Shown: positions 27,569 to 34,970 of the stretch, piece after piece
Position numbering within the stretch: the stretch's first letter is position 1
How the letters are laid out: every line of letters begins with the position of its first letter
Sequence record: DRR378314_2561
Length of the DNA stretch: 40,230 nt
Direction: 5' to 3' (one strand)
The notes under the pieces: generated by a model
The model's input: the letters and a program-made list of their open reading frames with translations, nothing else
The model's database searches: none
What the model was told of the DNA's origin: nothing
Program-made: the position numbers and the translations under genes

Positions 27569-28021
27569 TTAGAACATCAAATTGGAATATATCATACTTT
27601 TGAGGTCTTTGGGAAGTTCGTTCCGGATATCTTCCATCTCGCCCAAGGACACATATCTTCTCAAAAATAAAAATGTGACATCGATATAGGTTTCCGCAAG
27701 ATCGTTCTCCTCACCATAATCGTGGATGGCAGAGCGACCGTCAAAACGCTTCACCAGTTCTATAAACTCATCCATGTGCTTAATGTCCGGTTTCTTTTCC
27801 CTTGGGTTCCATCCATTTACGTAGGCCCCTTTAAGAAACATGGGCAGTTGCGCAATAAGTTGCAACGATTCTTCTACAGATATGAGCTCCCGTAGGGCAT
27901 GCATGATCGAAACAAATATCCTGCCCGCTTTTTCGGTGTCTTTTCCCATACCCAATTGTTTGGCATATTCGTTCAAGAAGGTATTGCCTTCCTGTGCATA
28001 TTGATTAAAATTCAGTGCCAT
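27569..28021 (-). CDS. DUF2267 family protein (copy 1)
   Basis: MHALRELISVEESLQLIAQLPMFLKGAYVNGW, YVSLGEMEDIRNELP; start 28021 or 28033. Confidence 0.85.
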   Translation of the reverse strand: MALNFNQYAQEGNTFLNEYAKQLGMGKDTEKAGRIFVSIMHALRELISVEESLQLIAQLPMFLKGAYVNGWNPREKKPDIKHMDEFIELVKRFDGRSAIHDYGEENDLAETYIDVTFLFLRRYVSLGEMEDIRNELPKDLKSMIYSNLMF

Positions 28022-28047
28022 GATCTTTTGCATTTAAAAATTATAGT

Positions 28048-28091
28048 TAAAAATGGTGTATAAAACGATTTCTTGAAATGACCCCCGTCAA
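28048..28091 (-). promoter_or_regulatory. Regulon box + -7 element
   Basis: ATGACCCCCGTCAA 28078-28091; 22 nt; CATTTTTA on minus strand 28048-28055. Confidence 0.65.
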
Positions 28092-28108
28092 TGGCACTAC
28101 TTGACATA

Positions 28109-28152
28109 ATGACCCAAATCATTTCCATGTGAAGGAAATAGAGGTTTCTTTG
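28109..28152 (+). promoter_or_regulatory. Regulon box + -7 element for the baeRF-like gene
   Basis: ATGACCCAAATCAT 28109-28122; 22 nt; TTTCTTTG 28145-28152. Confidence 0.78.
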
Positions 28153-28176
28153 AATTCCTATAAATTTAAATTGACC

Positions 28177-29322
28177 ATGAAAAAAGAAGATATAGAACTG
28201 TTGGCAGGAGAACATGCAGCTCCCTGTGTCTCCATTTATATGCCAACCCATAGAACAGGCGAAGCCGTTCTGAAGGGCCATGATAGACTTCTGCTCAAAA
28301 ACCTTTTGAAAGATGTGAAACGTAATCTGGCCAATCAGGAATATGACAAAAAAACAATTAGTGCCCTTGCCGCCCCTATACAAGAATTGATCGATGCCAA
28401 ACACGATTGGAACTTCAGGTCCGAAGGTCTTGTCCTTTTTATTTCCCCAGATCTTTTCATGACATTCCAACTTCCTTTAAAGTTTTCCCCTCAGACCAGT
28501 ATTTCCTCAGTATTTTACCTGGTTCCCCTAATGCCCTTTTTTGTGGATGGCGAAAACTTTATCCTCTTGACTTTGGAACTCAACGAAGTGAAGCTTTATA
28601 AGGTCGGTCGGTACAGCATTAAGGAGATTTATATTGAGGAAAAAATCCCTTCCCGGATGGAAGATCAAGTAGGTTATGACCATGAACAGAAAAATTTGCA
28701 ATTCAGAAGCCAACAGCAAGCTTATGGAGAAGCCATGTTCCATGGCCAAGGTGAGGGGAAAGAAGATAGAAAAGATGAAATCCTGACTTTTTTTAGAGGT
28801 ATTGACCGTGGATTGTCCTCCATTTTAAGTGCAGAAAATACTCCTTTGCTCCTCGCAGGGCTGGACGAGCAGATTTCAATCTATAAAAAGGCCAATTCCT
28901 ATCACAACCTCTTTGAAAAACATCTTTCATGCCATCCATCTGACCTAAGTTCGGATGAACTGCAAATAGGGGCTTGGAAGCTTTTGGAATCCCATTTTGA
29001 CCAAGAACGAAACGAAAAATTGGAGATGTTCCAGCGTTACCAAGACACGGGGAGAACCTCACAACAGATCAATGAAATTATCCCAATGGCCATTCAGGGC
29101 AGAGTGGACACGCTTTTTATCCAATATGATATGGATGTATGGGGAACCTACGACCCAACAAACAACCTTTTAAAAATAAGTCACGAACACCGGTCTCCTG
29201 CCGTACCCTTGGATAATTTGATGGTGGTAAATACTTTTCTACAGGGAGGTAAGATATACTTAATGGACAAGATGGAAATGCCCGTTCCAAGCTCGGAGTG
29301 CTGTGCCATTTTCCGTAAATGA
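28177..29322 (+). CDS. Bacterial archaeo-eukaryotic release factor-like protein (baeRF3/7-type; Balon-like)
   Basis: CVSIYMPTHRTG, GLVLF, FHGQG..FFRGIDRGL, PLLLAG, GRVDTLF, AIFR end; no GGQ; ATG 28177 lies downstream of the promoter. Confidence 0.75.
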   Translation: MKKEDIELLAGEHAAPCVSIYMPTHRTGEAVLKGHDRLLLKNLLKDVKRNLANQEYDKKTISALAAPIQELIDAKHDWNFRSEGLVLFISPDLFMTFQLPLKFSPQTSISSVFYLVPLMPFFVDGENFILLTLELNEVKLYKVGRYSIKEIYIEEKIPSRMEDQVGYDHEQKNLQFRSQQQAYGEAMFHGQGEGKEDRKDEILTFFRGIDRGLSSILSAENTPLLLAGLDEQISIYKKANSYHNLFEKHLSCHPSDLSSDELQIGAWKLLESHFDQERNEKLEMFQRYQDTGRTSQQINEIIPMAIQGRVDTLFIQYDMDVWGTYDPTNNLLKISHEHRSPAVPLDNLMVVNTFLQGGKIYLMDKMEMPVPSSECCAIFRK

Positions 29323-29465
29323 ACAAACCAATAAGAACGCACTCCCCCCCCCGTTACTTTTAGATATAGGCGGAAGATTTTCCAAAGGCTACATCAATGG
29401 ATGGAAGCCTAGATTGATAAAAACAACAGCCTTCCCAAATAGAGTCTGACAAAACCGCTGAATAT

Positions 29466-29672
29466 TCAGTGAAATATGTGTTTGATTTTTCGGTAAAGTT
29501 TAGCAAATAAAATCATGGGCAATTCACTTTTCAACATTGAAAGTCCAAGATTTTGTTGGCCCAAGGTCAGATTGAGTTTCATTTTTTCCACCTCAATTTG
29601 TCTTTTGAGCTTTAGAATTTTTAATCTTTGGTCTATATCCGAAAAAGAATGGTACCTGGCCTTCATTTTCAA
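29466..29672 (-). CDS. Small hypothetical protein (DUF6327-like)
   Basis: YHSFSDIDQRLKILKLKRQIE; overlaps upstream stop. Confidence 0.65.
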   Translation of the reverse strand: MKMKARYHSFSDIDQRLKILKLKRQIEVEKMKLNLTLGQQNLGLSMLKSELPMILFAKLYRKIKHIFH

Positions 29673-30010
29673 TCAAAATAGTATATGGAAAATCTTTTGA
29701 TCAAAGGACTGCTCAATTTATCCCTCAAAAGGGCATATAATCCAATGAGAAGCACATAGAACAACCCTACAACCACAAATCCAAGGACCATACTGTCAAA
29801 AACAACTCCCAAACCATAGGAAACGGCTATGGAAAAAAGCAACAAGGCCAAAAACAACAAAGCCGATACGATGAACCACCCCAGAATATGGTCCATGAGA
29901 CGCATCAATATCTTAAAGACCTTCAGTTCGTAGTACTCCCGTGTTTGCTCTACATAGGCATGTATGCTCTCATCTGTATCCCTCAAATTTTCCTTTAAGT
30001 CCTGAAACAT
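29669..30010 (-). CDS. Two-TM membrane protein (holin-like/YqjE-like)
   Basis: AYVEQTREYYELK followed by two hydrophobic helices. Confidence 0.75.
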   Translation of the reverse strand: MFQDLKENLRDTDESIHAYVEQTREYYELKVFKILMRLMDHILGWFIVSALLFLALLLFSIAVSYGLGVVFDSMVLGFVVVGLFYVLLIGLYALLRDKLSSPLIKRFSIYYFD

Positions 30011-30018
30011 ATCAAAAT

Positions 30019-30348
30019 CTACTTTTGTAACCGTTCATTTTTCTTTTTGAGCTCTTCCAATTTATACTCCAATGAATCTATGATATCCTCGGCCTTATAG
30101 CTCATATTGGATATCACATCTTCAAGTTTGTCTTCAATTTTCTTTCTCCTTTCATGCACACTTTGGGAGAGTTCGTCCACTGCATGGGAAGCCTTCTCGG
30201 ATATGTCATGGGTAACATCCTGGGCTTTGCGCTTAATTTTCTCCCTGGTTTCTTTTCCTTTATCCGGAGCAAAAAGTATCCCAATTCCCGCTCCAACAAT
30301 GGTCCCTGCCAATAGGGCCAAGACTATATCTCCGTTTCTGGTTGCCAT
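30019..30348 (-). CDS. YtxH domain protein
   Basis: LLAGTIVGAGIGILFAPDKGKETREKI + charged coiled coil. Confidence 0.9.
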   Translation of the reverse strand: MATRNGDIVLALLAGTIVGAGIGILFAPDKGKETREKIKRKAQDVTHDISEKASHAVDELSQSVHERRKKIEDKLEDVISNMSYKAEDIIDSLEYKLEELKKKNERLQK

Positions 30349-30374
30349 ATGATCAATTTTTATCGTTTATATTG

Positions 30375-30418
30375 TAAAAGTAGCCCAACAACCTATCATT
30401 TCTGATGATATAGATCAG
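30375..30418 (-). promoter_or_regulatory. Regulon box + -7 element for ytxH operon
   Basis: ATGATATAGATCAG 30405-30418; 22 nt; TACTTTTA on minus strand 30375-30382. Confidence 0.8.
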
Positions 30419-30524
30419 TTGTCCCGTACTTTAAAAAATATTGCAACAAAAAAGAGAGAAACCAACTCTTTATTGATAACCAACACTTTATTAAAGAATC
30501 CCATGGCCTTAAATGTTCACCAAC

Positions 30525-30568
30525 GTGACGACAATCATTTCACCAAAAATGTAAACCATGCAATTTTG
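30525..30568 (+). promoter_or_regulatory. Regulon box + -7 element
   Basis: GTGACGACAATCAT 30525-30538; 22 nt; CAATTTTG 30561-30568. Confidence 0.72.
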
Positions 30569-30609
30569 AACGAACAACCCTGACCCAATGCGGGGTAAAA
30601 ACTAAAGCC

Positions 30610-31281
30610 ATGAAAATGAATAATCGATATTTACTGTTTATTATGCTTTTCGCCCTTTGGAATTGTAAACAAAAAGTGGAGAAAGCAACACCGGAACCTG
30701 TCCCCCAAACAGTCAAAAAACAAGAAACACCAACGCCAGAACTAAAAACGATAGCACAGTTCATGGGCATGGCATCGGACTCTTTGGGCATACCAACTGA
30801 GCTGCAAAGTTGGACCATCGATAAAAATGGCAAATTGGACAGTATTGGAGTACAAAAGGCCTCACTTCTCTTCAAAAAGTTACTCACGTCGAGCAAGAGT
30901 AATCTTTATCCCATATTTGAGGCCAGAGATGGGAAAGAGGCCTTGATCGTTATGGCCAATCAGGGTTATGACGGAAATATCCGAGGGACGTTCTTGGTCG
31001 ATAAGAACACAATGGAAATCAAGAAAGCTGCCTTTGAGCATGTGGCCGAATCCGAAGGGTATGGTGCCGCTATCGCATTTTCATCATTTGAAGAACAATT
31101 TGTCGGAACCAAGGTCAATTGGGGTGAAAACACGTTTGGATTGAACCAAAACAATACAACCATAATAAAAGGGGACAAAGTGGTCGATGGCATTTCAGGT
31201 GCTACCATAACCAGTAGGCTTACGGTGGAAATGGTCAATGATGGCCTAAAAAAATACAAGCCCTTTTTCATAACAAATTAG
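30610..31281 (+). CDS. FMN-binding lipoprotein (NqrC/RnfG-like FMN_bind domain)
   Basis: Lipobox LWNC; GYDGNIRG, EHVAESEGYGA, VDGISGATITS flavinylation motif. Confidence 0.82.
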   Translation: MKMNNRYLLFIMLFALWNCKQKVEKATPEPVPQTVKKQETPTPELKTIAQFMGMASDSLGIPTELQSWTIDKNGKLDSIGVQKASLLFKKLLTSSKSNLYPIFEARDGKEALIVMANQGYDGNIRGTFLVDKNTMEIKKAAFEHVAESEGYGAAIAFSSFEEQFVGTKVNWGENTFGLNQNNTTIIKGDKVVDGISGATITSRLTVEMVNDGLKKYKPFFITN

Positions 31282-31300
31282 GTCTATCGGAGCGTGCTCG

Positions 31301-31344
31301 ATGACTCAGATCATTGTGTGATGCAAGCTGTGCAGGTAATTTTA
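31301..31344 (+). promoter_or_regulatory. Regulon box + -7 element
   Basis: ATGACTCAGATCAT 31301-31314; 22 nt; TAATTTTA 31337-31344. Confidence 0.82.
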
Positions 31345-31374
31345 CGTTCAAAACATTAACACTAATTTGACAAA

Positions 31375-31917
31375 ATGAAAATCCTTATTGTATATGGCAC
31401 AAGTGAGGGTCAGACCCGAAAAATTGCCAGGTTCATGGAAGAAGTGCTTCAAGGAGGCGATCACAAAGTGGTCATTGCAGATGCCACCGAAGAGCCTCCT
31501 TCTCCTGATGGTTTTGAGGCTGTTCTGATCGGTGCCTCGGTGCACATGCAAAAATATCAAAGTGCCGTATCCAATTATGTCATGCGCCATCTGGACATCC
31601 TCAATAAAAAGCATTCCGCATTCTTCTCGGTTTCAATGGCCATTGCATCCAACATAGAAGAAGAGCATGAAGAAATCAAAAAAATGACTTTGGATTTCTT
31701 GGAAAGAACAGGATGGAACCCAGATGAAGTACAATATTTTGCAGGAGCTTTAAAATATACCCAATACGATTATTTTAAAAAGCTCATCATGCGAATGATT
31801 GCAAAAAAAGAGGGAGGCAGCACAGATACTTGCCGTGACCATGAATATACGGATTGGAACAATGTGAAAACATTTGTCCTCAACTTTTGTACAGAAAGAG
31901 TACAATCAGCAAGGTAA
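31375..31917 (+). CDS. Flavodoxin-domain protein, HemG-like (menaquinone-dependent protoporphyrinogen oxidase family)
   Basis: ILIVYGTSEGQTRKIA, VLIGASVH, AFFSVSM, FAGALKYTQY, EYTDW. Confidence 0.85.
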   Translation: MKILIVYGTSEGQTRKIARFMEEVLQGGDHKVVIADATEEPPSPDGFEAVLIGASVHMQKYQSAVSNYVMRHLDILNKKHSAFFSVSMAIASNIEEEHEEIKKMTLDFLERTGWNPDEVQYFAGALKYTQYDYFKKLIMRMIAKKEGGSTDTCRDHEYTDWNNVKTFVLNFCTERVQSAR

Positions 31918-31962
31918 GTTCAAGAACGTTATTTTTTATCAATTCATTTTAAAACTAATGTC

Positions 31963-32418
31963 ATGGGATTCAATTTTGACCAATACACCGCAGAAGGAAA
32001 CACCTTTTTGAATGATTATGCCAAACAGATGTCCATGGAAAACGATAGGGAAAGAGCGGGCAGGATTATGACTTCAATACTTTATGCTTTGAGGGATATC
32101 ATCTCCCCCACTGAATCCATGCAGTTTATTGCCCAACTGCCCATGATTATAAAGGCCATTTACGTGAATGGATGGGCCATAGGCAAAAAAAGGACAAGGG
32201 TCAAAAATTTGAAAGATTTTATCCAGCTCGCCAAAAAACATGATGGCACTGCCGCTACCAATGACTTTGGATACGATGATGATGCGGCGGAAGACTATAT
32301 CCAAACAACTTTTCTGTTCTTAAAAAACTATGTGTCCCAGGGCGAACTGGAGGATATCAGGGATGTATTGCCGAAAGGCTTAAAAAATATCATCCCATCG
32401 CATATAATCAATGAATAA
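31963..32418 (+). CDS. DUF2267 family protein (copy 2)
   Basis: Clear paralogue of 27569-28021 (NFDQYTAEGNTFLNDYAKQ, AQLPMIIKAIYVNGW). Confidence 0.85.
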   Translation: MGFNFDQYTAEGNTFLNDYAKQMSMENDRERAGRIMTSILYALRDIISPTESMQFIAQLPMIIKAIYVNGWAIGKKRTRVKNLKDFIQLAKKHDGTAATNDFGYDDDAAEDYIQTTFLFLKNYVSQGELEDIRDVLPKGLKNIIPSHIINE

Positions 32419-32543
32419 ACAATATGGGCTTCCGTTCACCATCGAAAAATTTGGCCTTTTCTTATTTGTAAGCTTATAGGATTGCATTGTACCAAAATGT
32501 TGTTTTTGGATAGACCATAGGTTTTGTCCGTGGCCAAGTGTAA

Positions 32544-32587
32544 ATGATCAATATCATTTCCTATTTTGCCAAAGTAATCTAGTTTTG
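32544..32587 (+). promoter_or_regulatory. Regulon box + -7 element for ftsH
   Basis: ATGATCAATATCAT 32544-32557; 22 nt; perfect TAGTTTTG 32580-32587. Confidence 0.85.
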
Positions 32588-32620
32588 GTGCATTCCCCAG
32601 TATATTTTTAGAACAGATAG

Positions 32621-34579
32621 ATGCGCCCTAAAAACAATGGTACAGAAGAAGATGGTAAAGGTAAAAAAACCATCAACACCCCAAAACCTCCCAAAAGGGA
32701 ATACAACTTTAGCTGGGTCAATTGGTTATTGGTGGTTTTTCTGTTGTTCTTGACCGTTTTCTTCAACCGTTCTGGTGGTCCCAAAGAAATCAGTTGGTCA
32801 GAAATGGAGGATACCTTGCTCCCCACGAACGCCATCGAAAGGATTGTTGTCGTAAATAAAGAGATTGCGGAAATTTATCTAAAAAAAGACCTCTCGCAAG
32901 AATCCGAATTAAAGGAAGTCACAGATGGTCAGTTCTCTACCGATAAAGGTCCGCACTATTTCATAACCATTGGCTCGGTGGAAAGTTTTGAGAACAAATT
33001 GAAACAAAAACAACAAAGCCTTCCATCAGTAGAAAAAATTGACATACGGTATGAAAACCGGACCAATTGGATTACCGTGTTTTCATGGTTATTGCCCTTA
33101 GGTATCATCATATTGTTCTGGATGTTTATACTCCGAAGGATGGGGGATGGAAAAAGTGGCAATCCGTTGTCCAACTTTGGAAAATCTACGGCCAAACTCA
33201 CAGAAAAAGGAACTAAGAGTACTGTTACCTTCAATGATATTGCCGGACTTAAAGAAGCTAAGATCGAAATCATGGAGGTTGTTGACTTTCTCAAAAACCC
33301 AGAAGAGTACACCAGTTTGGGGGCCAAGATCCCTAAAGGTGTCTTGCTTGTGGGACCTCCTGGTACGGGAAAGACCCTTATGGCCAAAGCGATGGCCGGG
33401 GAGGCGCAAGTACCTTTTTTTTCCATATCTGGGTCGGAATTCGTGGAAATGTTCGTCGGTGTGGGTGCATCCAGAGTACGGGATCTTTTCAAGCGTGCCA
33501 AAGAAAAGGCCCCAAGTATCATTTTTGTAGATGAAATTGATGCCGTAGGACGTTCCAGAGGCAAGATCAACGCTTTTCAGACCAATGATGAACGCGAAAA
33601 TACCTTGAACCAGCTTCTTACGGAATTGGACGGATTCGGCGAAAATACAGGGGTAATCGTGTTGGCTGCTACTAACCGCCCCGATGTGCTCGACAAGGCC
33701 CTATTGCGTCCCGGTAGATTTGACCGTCACATTTATCTGGAACTTCCAGACCTATCCGAACGTATCGAAATCTTCGGAGTACACTTGCGTCCCTTAAAAC
33801 TCTCCAAAGATGTGGATGTGGAACTCTTGGCCAAACTCAGTCCCGGGTTTTCTGGAGCCGATATTGCCAATATTTGCAATGAAGCGGCCCTGATCGCCGC
33901 ACGAAAGAAAAAAAAGGCTGTTGAACAAGAAGACTTTATCGCTGCACGCGACCGAGTCATTGGAGGTATGGAGCGTAAGAACAAGATAATTTCTCAAAAG
34001 GAAAAGGAAATTGTGGCATATCATGAAGCTGGCCATGCCGTGGCAAGCTGGTATTTGGAACACGTGGACTCCCTCGTAAAGGTATCCATCATTCCAAGAG
34101 GCAAATCATTAGGTGCGGCATGGTACCTGCCCGAAGAACGGCAGATCGTGACCAAGTCACAGTTTCTGGACCAAATTTGCGCATCGCTCGGTGGCCGTGT
34201 CGCGGAAGAAATCGTTTTTGGGGAAGCTTCCTCCGGCGCGCTGGACGATTTGGAAAAAGTGACCAAACAAGCATATACTATGGTTGCTTATTACGGCTTG
34301 GACAAGGAAGTTGGGCCTATCAGTTACTACGATTCCACTGGGCAAAACGAACAAATATTGGGCAAGCCCTATAGCGAAGAGATGGCCAAATTAATCGACA
34401 CGGAAGTAAGGGATTTGGTAATCACATCCTACGAGCGGACCAAAAATCTTTTGTTGAAACATCGAGAGGAATTGGAAAAACTTGCCCAATTACTTTTAAG
34501 ACAAGAAGTAGCGGAAAAAACCGACCTCGAAAAACTCTTGGGAAAGAGAGGTGAAAAAATATTGGCTGATAGTATTTAA
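32621..34579 (+). CDS. ftsH: ATP-dependent zinc metalloprotease FtsH
   Basis: Two TMs, [50 protein letters not shown]. Confidence 0.96.
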   Translation: MRPKNNGTEEDGKGKKTINTPKPPKREYNFSWVNWLLVVFLLFLTVFFNRSGGPKEISWSEMEDTLLPTNAIERIVVVNKEIAEIYLKKDLSQESELKEVTDGQFSTDKGPHYFITIGSVESFENKLKQKQQSLPSVEKIDIRYENRTNWITVFSWLLPLGIIILFWMFILRRMGDGKSGNPLSNFGKSTAKLTEKGTKSTVTFNDIAGLKEAKIEIMEVVDFLKNPEEYTSLGAKIPKGVLLVGPPGTGKTLMAKAMAGEAQVPFFSISGSEFVEMFVGVGASRVRDLFKRAKEKAPSIIFVDEIDAVGRSRGKINAFQTNDERENTLNQLLTELDGFGENTGVIVLAATNRPDVLDKALLRPGRFDRHIYLELPDLSERIEIFGVHLRPLKLSKDVDVELLAKLSPGFSGADIANICNEAALIAARKKKKAVEQEDFIAARDRVIGGMERKNKIISQKEKEIVAYHEAGHAVASWYLEHVDSLVKVSIIPRGKSLGAAWYLPEERQIVTKSQFLDQICASLGGRVAEEIVFGEASSGALDDLEKVTKQAYTMVAYYGLDKEVGPISYYDSTGQNEQILGKPYSEEMAKLIDTEVRDLVITSYERTKNLLLKHREELEKLAQLLLRQEVAEKTDLEKLLGKRGEKILADSI

Positions 34580-34970
34580 TTTTTGTCCTAGCAACTTAAC
34601 GCTTCATGTTGCCATAACTATTTTCTAAAGCAGTTCATTACTACACGGGGGCAATCACTCTTCGTAATCAAGCCCAAAGCTTGGAGTAAAAAAACCGGAG
34701 TCTAGATTTAGAGGTTTCTTTATCAAGATATTGGCATTTGTACAATGCCATAAGGGAAGTTGGAGCAAAATCACTCCTCCACCGCAAAACAAACCCTGAC
34801 AGAACTGTCTGGATTTTATTTTTTTACTACAATTACGCCAAATCCCTCAAATGCTTCACTTCCTAAGAATATCACAAACCCACCATTCAAATTTTATTGT
34901 ATCAACAATCAAAATCCATGAAATTGCCTATCTTTTAGCCCAACTAAATGATTTGCTTAAACCAACTAAT

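Noticed and set aside
29384-29410. KGYINGWKP resembling DUF2267 (YVNGW) as a third-copy remnant; nearby C9 run
   Set aside because: Match too short to distinguish from chance; the C-run is intergenic with no evident phase-variable target
34580-34970. att site or ncRNA at the right island boundary
   Set aside because: Only short hairpins (e.g. TGGCATT..AATGCCA); no repeat shared with the left end was found by eye
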